Source: an uncultured Eubacteriales bacterium
Lineage (GTDB): Bacteria; Acidobacteriota; Aminicenantia; Aminicenantales; Saccharicenantaceae
Direction of reading: 5' to 3'
DNA length: 64,000 nt
Assembly (NCBI GenBank): GCA_964574895.1
Contig: CAZNPB010000010.1
Location: forward strand, 183-64,182
Part shown: positions 1-8,358 of the stretch, piece by piece
Position numbering within the stretch: the first letter of the stretch is position 1
Layout: each line of letters opens with the position of its first letter
The notes under the pieces: generated by a model
Databases searched by the model: none
Told to the model about the DNA's origin: nothing
The model's input: only the letters and a program-made list of their open reading frames with translations
Position numbers and translations under genes: made by a program

Positions 1-746
1 AGGACCAGGCCGATCGCTACAGCTACCAGGTCAACCTGTCGGCCAACCGGACCACCGAGGCCATGAAGTTCCGGCTCTACGGGGGCGTCAATTTCTCCCA
101 CCGCCGCTACGAGATCCCCGACGAAGAGCCCATCGTCAGCGACACCAACCGGAAGAGCCTCTCGACGTCGGTCTTCAAAAGCATCGACGGCCACTGGTCG
201 TGGGGCGGCAGCGCCAGCCTCTACGCCTCGACCTACGACAACGCCAGCCTGTTCACCTCCTTCGGGCCGAGCGTCGAGTACAACATCTTCCCCTACGCCG
301 AAGCGACCCGGCGGGAGCTCCGTCTCCAGTACCGCCTGTCCTTCAACCTCCGGCGCTACGACGAGATCACGATCTACGACAAGGTGCGGGAGAACCTCTT
401 CAGCCAGTCCCTCCAGGCCGTTTTGGAGATCAAGGAGCCGTGGGGCTCGGTCGGCGCGTCGGTGCAGGGCTCGACCTTCGTGCCCGACGTCAAGTACAAC
501 AACCTGCGGGCCGACTTCGGGGTCTACATCAATCTCTTCCGCGGCTTCTCGTTCAACGTCGGCGGCCAGTACAGCCGCATCCGCGACCAGCTGTCCCTGC
601 CCGCCCGGGAATATTCGCAGGAAGAGATCCTGCTCGAGCTCAAGCGGCTGGCCTCCGGGTATTACCTGCGCTTCGAGGTCGGGGTCAACTACCGCTTCGG
701 CTCCATCTACAGCAACGTCGTCAACCCGCGGTTCGGCAACGTCTGA
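1..746 (+). CDS. putative outer-membrane beta-barrel protein, 5' end cut by the window edge
   Basis: The frame is open from base 3 with no stop before the first ATG at 63, and ends at TGA 744-746. The translation shows an alternating beta-strand-like pattern rich in Y/S/N/G/F/R (YRLSFNL, FSFNVGGQYS, LRFEVGVNYRFG). No specific family was recognised. Confidence 0.45.
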   Translation, partial: DQADRYSYQVNLSANRTTEAMKFRLYGGVNFSHRRYEIPDEEPIVSDTNRKSLSTSVFKSIDGHWSWGGSASLYASTYDNASLFTSFGPSVEYNIFPYAEATRRELRLQYRLSFNLRRYDEITIYDKVRENLFSQSLQAVLEIKEPWGSVGASVQGSTFVPDVKYNNLRADFGVYINLFRGFSFNVGGQYSRIRDQLSLPAREYSQEEILLELKRLASGYYLRFEVGVNYRFGSIYSNVVNPRFGNV

Positions 747-747
747 G

Positions 748-2361
748 TCATCCGAAGAGGACGTAGAGGCCGACCATGACCAGGAACAGGGCCAGGGCCG
801 CGAGCCGGTAGTCGAGAAGGCCCGGGCCTCGCGCGCCGCGCAGGACGTCGGCGGGACGGTTCCAGACGAGCTGGGCGCTCTCTTCGGTGTGGACGTGGGG
901 CTTGAGAAGAGAGACGACGATCAGGATCCCCGAGCAGACCAGGAAGAGGTAGAACGTCGCCATCATGGAGGGGACGTTCCAGCCCGTCCGGTCCTTGAAC
1001 CAGTCGAGCAGGAAGACGGCCAGACCCAGGGCCGAGCCGGCCATCAGCGTGATGCGGGCGGCCGCCGCGGAGGCCTTCCGCCACAGGACGCCCCAGAGGA
1101 AAACGGCCGTGATGGGCGGGGCGATATAGCAGATGACGGCCGTGATGCCCTGGAACAGGCTCTGGAAGTGGCTGATCAGAGGCGACCAGAGGATGGCCAC
1201 GATCATCCCGACGACGGTCACGAGACGGCCGACGAGGGTCAGACGCTTGTCCGACGACGCGGGCCGCCAGCGCTTGTAGATGTCCAGGGTGAAGAGCGTG
1301 GCGATCGAGTTCAGGGCCCCGGAAACCGTGCTCATCAGGGCGGCCAGCAGGGCCGCGGCCACGACGCCTCTGAGCCCGGCCGGCAGGACCCTGTTGATGA
1401 GGAGCGAATAGACCTCGGCCGAGCTCTCCGGCGCCGGCAGGGCGCCCTGCCGGACGAGGCCGTAGCCGATGAGCCCGGGCAGGACGAACAGGAAGACCGG
1501 CAGGATCTTGAGGAAGCCGGTGAACAGGGGGCCGAGCCGGGCGTTCCGCTCGTCCTTGGCCCCCAGGACGCGCTGGACGATGGTCTGATCGGCGCACCAG
1601 TACCAGAGGCCGATGACCGGGTAGCCGAGGAAGACGGCATACCACGGGAGAGACGGCGTTTCGGCGGCCGTGCGAAGCACGGTCAGCTTGACCGGTTCGA
1701 CGGCGGCGGCCAGGGCCTGCCAGCCGCCGATGCGGGCCAGGCCGAAGCCGAGGACGCAGGCCGACCCGAGGATGAGGACCACCGTCTGGACGGATTCGGT
1801 GACCACGACGGCCAGCAAGCCACCCACGACCGTGTAGAGGCCGGTTAGGAGCGCCGTGACGACGATGCTGGTGTTGATGTCGATCCCGAAGAGGCCGCGC
1901 AGAACGACGGCCCCCGTGTAGAGCGAGAAGCCGATGTGGATGAAGACCGCCGAGACGATGGACAGGACGGCCAGCCAGTCCCGCGAGGCCCGCGAGTAGC
2001 GCTTTTCCAGGAAATCCGGCAGGGTGGCCACCCGCGAACGGATATAGAAGGGGGCGAAGAAGAGGGCCAGGACGATGAGCAGGAAAGCGGCCATCCACTC
2101 GAAGTTGCCGTAGGCCAGCCCGTTGACATAGCCCTCCTGGGCCAGGCTGACCAGGTGGATGGTCGAGATGTTCGTCGAGAACAGGGCCAGCCCGATGACC
2201 GGCCAGCGGAGCGAGCGGCCGGCCAGGAAGTACTGGGCCGACGCGGCCTGCCGCGTCCGACGCCGCCAGGCCCACAGGCCGAGGCCGACGATGCCGGCGA
2301 GGTAGAAGACGACCAGGGCGATGTCGAGCCCGGACATGGACAGGCGCGAGACGTCGCTCAT
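748..2361 (-). CDS. sodium:solute symporter family (SSF/SGLT-like) transporter
   Basis: This is a 537-aa polytopic membrane protein. The N-terminal block YFLAGRSLRWPVIGLALFSTNIS and the overall 13-14 TM layout are typical of SSF sugar/solute symporters. It lies next to the fucosidase and mutarotase genes. Confidence 0.8.
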   Translation of the reverse strand: MSDVSRLSMSGLDIALVVFYLAGIVGLGLWAWRRRTRQAASAQYFLAGRSLRWPVIGLALFSTNISTIHLVSLAQEGYVNGLAYGNFEWMAAFLLIVLALFFAPFYIRSRVATLPDFLEKRYSRASRDWLAVLSIVSAVFIHIGFSLYTGAVVLRGLFGIDINTSIVVTALLTGLYTVVGGLLAVVVTESVQTVVLILGSACVLGFGLARIGGWQALAAAVEPVKLTVLRTAAETPSLPWYAVFLGYPVIGLWYWCADQTIVQRVLGAKDERNARLGPLFTGFLKILPVFLFVLPGLIGYGLVRQGALPAPESSAEVYSLLINRVLPAGLRGVVAAALLAALMSTVSGALNSIATLFTLDIYKRWRPASSDKRLTLVGRLVTVVGMIVAILWSPLISHFQSLFQGITAVICYIAPPITAVFLWGVLWRKASAAAARITLMAGSALGLAVFLLDWFKDRTGWNVPSMMATFYLFLVCSGILIVVSLLKPHVHTEESAQLVWNRPADVLRGARGPGLLDYRLAALALFLVMVGLYVLFG

Positions 2362-2370
2362 CGGGCCGCC

Positions 2371-2817
2371 TCAGTCCGTGTGGAAGACTTCTTCCATGCG
2401 GCTCCAGAACTCCTTGTCGAGGCGCGTCGGGAGGGGCGACTGGCAGGGATCGGTCTCCTTCCACCAGCGCTGCGTCACGGGGTCGGCGGCCATCCTGGCC
2501 ATGTCGGCCGCGAGATCCGCCCCGGTGTATTCGAAATAGGAGAAGAGAAGGAACTGCCCCGGGGCCGCCTCCCTCAGGTAGATCGAATAGTTCCGGATAT
2601 GGCAGTCCTTGATCCGGGCCAGGACGCCGGGCCAGGCGGCGGCATGGAGACGCTTATAATATTCGATCTTCTCCGGCTTGACGCCGATGACCATGCCGTA
2701 GCGCTCGACGCGCTCGGGCGCGGCCGCCGGTCGCTTCAGGATGAAGGCCCCGGCGGCGAAGGCCAGGGCCAGCGGAACGACGATCAGGACGGCCAGGAGC
2801 GGGGTCTTGGCCTTCAC
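2371..2817 (-). CDS. L-rhamnose mutarotase (RhaM/DUF718) family protein with a predicted N-terminal membrane anchor
   Basis: The C-terminal ~105 aa (MVIGVKPEKIEYYKRLHAAAWPGVLARIKDCHIRNYSIYL...QRWWKETDPCQ...EVFHTD) aligns by eye with RhaM. An in-frame upstream stretch, TPLLAVLIVVPLALAFAAGAFIL, is a clean TM helix. The GTG at 2815-2817 overlaps the fucosidase TGA (GTGA). An alternative internal ATG lies at 2694. Confidence 0.6.
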   Translation of the reverse strand: MKAKTPLLAVLIVVPLALAFAAGAFILKRPAAAPERVERYGMVIGVKPEKIEYYKRLHAAAWPGVLARIKDCHIRNYSIYLREAAPGQFLLFSYFEYTGADLAADMARMAADPVTQRWWKETDPCQSPLPTRLDKEFWSRMEEVFHTD

Positions 2818-4241
2818 TTCGCGGCTCCCTGACCGGCGGCGGCCGCGGCCTGGGCGGCGATGATCTTGACGGCCACGGGGGCTTCGAGCCCCCAGGTCAA
2901 GCGCTGAACGTCGCTCGTTTCGGGCCGGTCCGGGGCCGGTCTGGCTTTGATGAGGCGGATGGTCTGCTTCCGGGTGACCGTGATCTCGAGCCCGGCCGGC
3001 GTCTGCTCCCAGGGCAGCTCGCCTTCCTGGCTGAGGAGGGTCACCTTGGTCCCGGGCGTGGCCGCGACGGACTTGAGGAGCAGGGTCCGGGCGTTGTTCT
3101 GGAGGGTGGTCAGCGCGTAGACCGTGCCTTCGGCCCGCTTGGTCGTGAACCAGACGTCGCCCTCGTTCGTGACGCTCCAGGGACGCACGCCCCGGACGGC
3201 CTCGCCGTAGAGCATCATCCACAGGCCGAGGTCGCGCAGGACGTCCTCGTCGGCCGGGGCGATCCGCCCGTCGGGGCGCGGACCGATGTTCAGGAGCAGG
3301 TTGCCGCCGCGGGCCCGGATGTGGACGAGGTTCTCGATGATCTCCGAGGACGGCCGGACGACGGCGCCGGGAAGATAGGACCACTGGTAGCTGGTCGTCA
3401 GACAGCTCTCCCAGGCCCGGTCGTCGGCCTGGCCGGGGATCTCCTGCTCCGGCGTCGGGATCTCGCCGCGGCTGATGAAGACGTCCTGGCGGACGCGCCA
3501 GGCGTGCTTCTTCAGGGGCTCGCAAGGGCCGTCGAACCAGAGCAGAAAGACGTCGCCGTACCGGGTCAGGAGCTCTTCGATGTGGCCGCGCTCGTAATCG
3601 AGGAAGCTCATCTGCTTGGGACCGAAAAGGGCCGGGCTCGAGAAGCCGGGCTCGTATATATGGCCCGTGCGCTGGCCCGTCACCCATTGGTAGCGGAAAT
3701 CGCCCGGCGAGTAATAGAATCCGACCAGGAGGCCTTCTTTTCGGAAGGCTTGGGCGACCCCGGCGGCGATATCCCGGCCATAGGGCGTCCGGGTGATCTT
3801 GAAATCGCTGTAGGCGGTGTCGAAGTTGCAGAACCCGTCGTGGTGCTTGGCCGTGAAGACGACGTATTCCATGCCGGCCAGCTTGGCCAGCCGGGCCCAG
3901 GCCGCGGGGTCGAACCCGGTCGGATCGAAGGTCTCGGCCAAGGCGTAGTATTTACGGATGTAGTCGTCGGAGGCGTTGAAGAGGGGCCAGGAGATCTCGG
4001 TGCCGACCTGGCTGTTCGGCCCCCAGTGGATGAACAGCCCGAGCCCGGCGTCGCGGAAGATCTCGGTCTTGGCGGGATCGTTCGAAAGGCGGACGGCCGC
4101 CTCGGAGAGGAGCGCGACCGGGGGCGCCGCCGCGGGCGGCTTGGGCGCCGGCCCGGAGCAGGCCATAAGCCCGGCGGTCAGGGCGATCAGGAGTCCCGCC
4201 AGAGCGGGCCTGAAGGCGTTGGGGAACATGGTCGGTGTCAT
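2814..4241 (-). CDS. alpha-L-fucosidase, glycoside hydrolase family 29, lipoprotein-type signal
   Basis: GH29 hallmarks are present: GLFIHWGPNS, AKHHDGFCNFDT and LLWFDG. The N-terminus LLIALTAGLMAC|SG looks like a lipobox. Confidence 0.85.
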   Translation of the reverse strand: MTPTMFPNAFRPALAGLLIALTAGLMACSGPAPKPPAAAPPVALLSEAAVRLSNDPAKTEIFRDAGLGLFIHWGPNSQVGTEISWPLFNASDDYIRKYYALAETFDPTGFDPAAWARLAKLAGMEYVVFTAKHHDGFCNFDTAYSDFKITRTPYGRDIAAGVAQAFRKEGLLVGFYYSPGDFRYQWVTGQRTGHIYEPGFSSPALFGPKQMSFLDYERGHIEELLTRYGDVFLLWFDGPCEPLKKHAWRVRQDVFISRGEIPTPEQEIPGQADDRAWESCLTTSYQWSYLPGAVVRPSSEIIENLVHIRARGGNLLLNIGPRPDGRIAPADEDVLRDLGLWMMLYGEAVRGVRPWSVTNEGDVWFTTKRAEGTVYALTTLQNNARTLLLKSVAATPGTKVTLLSQEGELPWEQTPAGLEITVTRKQTIRLIKARPAPDRPETSDVQRLTWGLEAPVAVKIIAAQAAAAAGQGAAK

Positions 4242-4305
4242 GGGGCTCCTCCTTCATTCCTCCCTTTTAATGGAACCCCCGGGGAAAATCAAATATAATC
4301 CGGCC

Positions 4306-5421
4306 GTGACCTCCAAGGAACGGATGCTGACGGCCTTGGCCCGGGGCCAGCCCGACCGGCTGCCGGCCACCGTCCACCAGTGGCAGAAGTACCATCTCGA
4401 CACGTTTCTCGGCGGCCTCGGCGATCTCGAGGCCTTCCGCCTGTTCGGCCTGGACGCCTCGATCCAGTACTTCCAGGACATGGGCCAGTTCTGGCTCGCG
4501 GAAGAGGACTTCCACAGGTTCTCGACGCCCGAATGGCGGGACGAGGCCGAGGTCCTCAGCGCCGATCCCGACCACCGGGCGGCCCGGCACGTCATCACGA
4601 CGCCCGGCGGCGTCCTCACCTACCGGACCGAGGGCAACCGGATGACGACCTGGGTCACGGAGTATCTCATCAAGCGCGACGACGACATCCGGCTCATCGA
4701 GAAATACATGCCCGTGCCGAGGCTCGATCCGGCGCCGGTGGCCCGGGCCGCCGATACGGTCGGCGACGCCGGCCTCCTGCGCGGCTTCGTCTGGGGCGAC
4801 CAGGCCGGGTGCTGGCAGCACGCCGCGTGCCTCTTCGATATCCAGGCGCTCATCCTGCGCACCTTCGACGATCCGGCCTGGGTCCACGAGCTGCTGGGCA
4901 TCCTGCTCGAGAAGAAGCTGCGCTTCATCGAGTCCATGGCGGGCGCCCGCTTCGACCTCGTCGAGACGGGCGGCGGGGCGGCCTCGTCGACCCTCGTCTC
5001 GCCGGCCCTCCATCGGGAGTTCTGCCTGCCCTACGACCGCCGCATGCACGAGGCCCTCCACGCCCTCGGCTTCAAGGTGGCCTACCACACCTGCGGCGGC
5101 ACCAAGGGCATCGAGGAGCTCATCGTCGCCAACGGCTGCGACGCCTCCGAGACCCTGGCCCCGCCGTCGATCGGCGGCAACCAGGAGCCGTGGGAGTTCA
5201 AGGCCAAGATCGGCCGGCGACTGGCCCTCATCGGAGGCCTCGACCAGTTCAACGTCCTGACGGAGGGGCCGCCGGAGGCCATCCGGGCCAAGGTGGGCGA
5301 GCTGTTCGAGAAGGTCGGCGGCGACGGCGGCTACATCCTGTCCTGCTGCGACCACTTCTTCGAGACGCCGCCGGAGCACCTCCGGGCCTACGCCGAAGCC
5401 GCCCGGGCCTGTGTCTATTAA
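4306..5421 (+). CDS. uroporphyrinogen decarboxylase (URO-D / MtaA-like) family protein
   Basis: The sequence MLTALARGQPDRLP...ASIQYFQD...YHTCGG...GGYILSCCDHFF has the typical URO-D fold family pattern. I chose the GTG at 4306 (or ATG at 4324) because the upstream part of the 481-aa ORF overlaps the fucosidase gene on the other strand. Confidence 0.65.
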   Translation: MTSKERMLTALARGQPDRLPATVHQWQKYHLDTFLGGLGDLEAFRLFGLDASIQYFQDMGQFWLAEEDFHRFSTPEWRDEAEVLSADPDHRAARHVITTPGGVLTYRTEGNRMTTWVTEYLIKRDDDIRLIEKYMPVPRLDPAPVARAADTVGDAGLLRGFVWGDQAGCWQHAACLFDIQALILRTFDDPAWVHELLGILLEKKLRFIESMAGARFDLVETGGGAASSTLVSPALHREFCLPYDRRMHEALHALGFKVAYHTCGGTKGIEELIVANGCDASETLAPPSIGGNQEPWEFKAKIGRRLALIGGLDQFNVLTEGPPEAIRAKVGELFEKVGGDGGYILSCCDHFFETPPEHLRAYAEAARACVY

Positions 5422-5424
5422 GAC

Positions 5425-5455
5425 GGGGGACACAATACCCTGTCCCCCCTTTTTC
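5425..5455 (+). terminator. intrinsic terminator hairpin with T-run
   Basis: The stem GGGGGACA (5425-5432) / TGTCCCCC (5441-5448) has an 8-nt loop and is followed by CTTTTTC. It begins 4 nt after the stop of the URO-D-like gene. Confidence 0.7.
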
Positions 5456-5487
5456 GCCGTACGGGAGGGACGGGCCGATCCCCGGGC

Positions 5488-5841
5488 TTATCGCTCGCTG
5501 CTCAGGAAGTCCCCGTCGACGATGAGGAGCGTCGCGCCATGCTCCGTCCGCGACCGGTGCGAGCTGGCCCCGTCCGAGACGACGTAGGTCATGCCCTTGG
5601 CCATGACCGTCCATTCGCCGTTCTCTTCCTCGCTCACGAACCCGCCTTCGAGACAGTGGACGATGTGCCCCCTTTGGCACCAGTGGTCGGCCAGATAGCC
5701 GGCGGAGTACTCGACGACGCGGACCCGCAGGCCCGGCAGCTGGACCGTCCGCCAGAAAGACGTCCCCGTCTCGCCCTTGTGCTCCTCTTTCGCGATGCTC
5801 CGCCAATCGATGGCCCGAAAAGGATGGTTCGCGCCTGTCAT
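5488..5841 (-). CDS. cupin-fold protein (DHCW-motif type)
   Basis: The sequence VVEYSAGYLADHWCQRGHIVHCLEGGF...GMTYVVSDG...H matches a small cupin barrel. The ATG at 5841 overlaps the TGA of the upstream gene (ATGA). Confidence 0.65.
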   Translation of the reverse strand: MTGANHPFRAIDWRSIAKEEHKGETGTSFWRTVQLPGLRVRVVEYSAGYLADHWCQRGHIVHCLEGGFVSEEENGEWTVMAKGMTYVVSDGASSHRSRTEHGATLLIVDGDFLSSER

Positions 5842-7214
5842 CGGTCCTCCTCCCAACTCCAGTCGTCGTCCTTGTCCTGGACCAGCTGCGTGATCATGTA
5901 GGTCGATCGCCCGCCGTCGTCCTTCTCGTTCGAGCCCAGGCTATACACGATGAAGCCCTCCCCTTCGCGGCGATAGGCCAAGGGCTTGCCGGTGAACGGG
6001 TCGATGGGGACCTCCTTCAGCAGCCCGGGGACGAGCTCGTCCAGTGTCTGAGGATAATCGCCCGTCCGGTTCTTGTAAAGCCGGCAGGCCAGGCCGGCCC
6101 GGTTGGCCAGCATGATGGCCTCGATCGAGGCCACTTTCATAAAGGCCGCCTCGGAATCGCCAAGAAACGCTTTGGATGCATAGGCGTACCAGGGGCGCCT
6201 CTTGAGCCGCTCGGCCCGGGCCCGCAAGACGTTCCGGCTCCGAAAATAGGGCGCCTTCGCCTGCGCTTCGAGGAACTCGTAGTCCTGCAGGCTCAGACGG
6301 ATGTCCTTTATGACCAGGGGACGGATGACCCAGAGACCGGCCTTCTCGAGCCAATCCGTTTCGAACACGGAGCCGAGGTCCCGGAGTCCTCCGCTGATGA
6401 AGTACCCGCCGGCCTCGATGAAAGCGACCGTCTCGCCGCGCAATCCCGCTTGCCAGCTTTCTCGCCACCAGCCGGGCTGTTGAACCTCCATCAAGCGCCT
6501 GATCTCCGCCTCCCCGAGGTCCCGACCTCGGCAGATGTCGTTGAGGGCCGATTGGAAGATCCGCGTACAGGCCATGGCGACGAGGCACCCCATCATCGTT
6601 CCTTCGCGGGCGGGAAGGGCGCTGAATCTGAGACCCTGGACGGCCTTGGTGACCGCCCCGCCCAAGTCCCCGTCCTGGGCGCTGAAGAGAGCCGAGAAGA
6701 GCCACAACCTCGCCGTCCGGATCAACTGGAGCGCGTCGGCTTGCAGGCTCACGAGGAGGGGCCGAGCCGGCTCGCGATAGAGAAAGCAGGGCTTGTCCGC
6801 CATCTCGGCCAGGAGTCGCAGGGCCGCCTCGTTCTCCAGCACCAGGGCCTTTAGTTCCGCCTTGTCGGCCGGAGCGACGGGCTTCCCGGCCCTTAGATCC
6901 GTCCAGGCCCGGGAGAGGAGATCGAGGGCCGCCTCTTCACCTCTGGCCGGACGGCGGGGAGGCCGGTCCTGTCTCCCCGGGAACGGGGAGATATTCTCGT
7001 AGGCCCTCCAAAGACGGGCGCCGTTGTCTTCATCCGGGCACGGCGGGGCCAGGTCTTCGGCCGTTATCGGGATCCCTTTGGCCTTGAGCCCGGCCAAGGC
7101 CTGCCGGAGCGCGCGCCCCTCCGTAAAATTGAGGACGGCGCGAACGGCAAGAACGAACGCGAGTAGGATCAGAAGACCGAGACCGATCCTAATCAGGATC
7201 TTCCGGAGTGTCAT
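5838..7214 (-). CDS. membrane-anchored protein of unknown function with a pseudopilin-G-like C-terminal segment
   Basis: It has an N-terminal TM (ILIRIGLGLLILLAFVLAV) followed by a long helical region. The C-terminal DPFTGKPLAYRREGEGFIVYSLGSNEKDDGG resembles the conserved C-terminus of T2SS GspG. No prepilin cleavage motif is present. Confidence 0.5.
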   Translation of the reverse strand: MTLRKILIRIGLGLLILLAFVLAVRAVLNFTEGRALRQALAGLKAKGIPITAEDLAPPCPDEDNGARLWRAYENISPFPGRQDRPPRRPARGEEAALDLLSRAWTDLRAGKPVAPADKAELKALVLENEAALRLLAEMADKPCFLYREPARPLLVSLQADALQLIRTARLWLFSALFSAQDGDLGGAVTKAVQGLRFSALPAREGTMMGCLVAMACTRIFQSALNDICRGRDLGEAEIRRLMEVQQPGWWRESWQAGLRGETVAFIEAGGYFISGGLRDLGSVFETDWLEKAGLWVIRPLVIKDIRLSLQDYEFLEAQAKAPYFRSRNVLRARAERLKRRPWYAYASKAFLGDSEAAFMKVASIEAIMLANRAGLACRLYKNRTGDYPQTLDELVPGLLKEVPIDPFTGKPLAYRREGEGFIVYSLGSNEKDDGGRSTYMITQLVQDKDDDWSWEEDR

Positions 7215-7671
7215 ATTCCCACCTTCCTTTGAGTCGTTCCAGGGCCGCGAGATTCGCCCCCGGCACGGGCTTTACGGCCGCGGCGGCCGCCAGCTCATGA
7301 ACGCGGGCCCAGCGCTCCGCTTCGATCCCCAGGCCGAGCCCGGCTTCGGCCAGCGCCTCGGCCGTCTCCGCCGCGGCCGGGGCCGCGGGGCGGCCGTCCA
7401 TCAGCGCGGCCAGGCGGGCCTGTTCTTGCCGGCCCTGTATAGGATCGAGGACGAGGAGCGCCCCGATCAAAGCAACGGAGCCGCCCGCAACGACGCGCAT
7501 CCACGGCGTGAGGGCCGTGTCCCCCCGTGCCTCGGCCGCCCGTCGAAGGATCCTGTCCCGCAAACCGGGGGGAATACCGGCGGGAACGAGACGCCGCAGC
7601 TCCCGCTCGAGGCCGGCTGCCCCAGCCTCGAAGCCGTCCCGCACCTCGTTCTTCCGTTCTCGGCCCTTCAC
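7189..7671 (-). CDS. putative anti-sigma factor (single TM)
   Basis: It sits immediately downstream of the ECF sigma gene, with a GTGA start/stop overlap at 7668-7671. A central TM (VVAGGSVALIGALLVL) is present. No conserved ZAS motif was seen. Confidence 0.5.
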   Translation of the reverse strand: MKGRERKNEVRDGFEAGAAGLERELRRLVPAGIPPGLRDRILRRAAEARGDTALTPWMRVVAGGSVALIGALLVLDPIQGRQEQARLAALMDGRPAAPAAAETAEALAEAGLGLGIEAERWARVHELAAAAAVKPVPGANLAALERLKGRWEYDTPEDPD

Positions 7672-8156
7672 GGCTTTCCCCCCAGGGCGTCCCGGAGCTT
7701 CTCGATCCCGTAGCGATAACGGCTGGCGGCCGTATTCGCCGATACGCCGCAGACCGAGGCGATCTCCCTGAATGTCAGGCCGTCGAAGACCTTCAGGTAA
7801 ACGGCCTCCCGCTGCTCCGCCGGAAGCTCCCCCGCCCGCCGCAGGAGCAGAGCCAAGTCCGGCTCTTCAGGGGCGGCGAAAGCCTCCGACAGGCGGCCGG
7901 CCGCGCCCGTAACGATCATCCTCTCCCCCGCCCGGCGCCCCAGCTTGCGTCGCAGGGAGCGGTCGGCCTCGTTGCGCCCGACCCGGAAGACGAAGGCCGT
8001 CTTGTCGCGGACGAGCTTCCAGCGTAGATCGTAGCGGGCCAAGCGGCAGAAGACCTCCTGGAGGACGTCCTCGGCGTCCTCGGCCGAGCCGAGCTTGAAC
8101 AGAAGATAGCGATAAAGGCTGTTTCCATGACGTTCGTAAAGCCCTTCGAGGTCCAA
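7668..8156 (-). CDS. RNA polymerase ECF-type sigma-70 family factor
   Basis: Region 2 (YRYLLFKLGSAEDAEDVLQEVFCRL) and region 4 (LPAEQREAVYLKVFDGLTFREIASVCGVSANTAASRYRYGIEKLR) are both present. The start appears to be a TTG. Confidence 0.85.
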   Translation of the reverse strand: MDLEGLYERHGNSLYRYLLFKLGSAEDAEDVLQEVFCRLARYDLRWKLVRDKTAFVFRVGRNEADRSLRRKLGRRAGERMIVTGAAGRLSEAFAAPEEPDLALLLRRAGELPAEQREAVYLKVFDGLTFREIASVCGVSANTAASRYRYGIEKLRDALGGKP

Positions 8157-8358
8157 CGGCGGCCTTTTCCGTTCTCGCTATCCAGGACCCGTCGGCCGGG
8201 TCGAATCGTCTAAACGGCGGAAAATATTCTCGACGCCCACGGGGCCGGCCCTATCATACGTCATTTGCCGCGGACCGGGCAGCCGAAAACTTGCCCCCCG
8301 GGACCTCGTTTTGGTCTAAAATAACCCTTTGCGCCACCTTTCCGTCAAGGAGCCCGCC

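Noticed and set aside
3976-4305. Upstream extension of the URO-D-like ORF
   Set aside because: It overlaps the 5' part of the GH29 gene on the other strand, and the translation is Ala/Gly/Ser/Arg-rich. Homology-like sequence starts only around 4306-4324.
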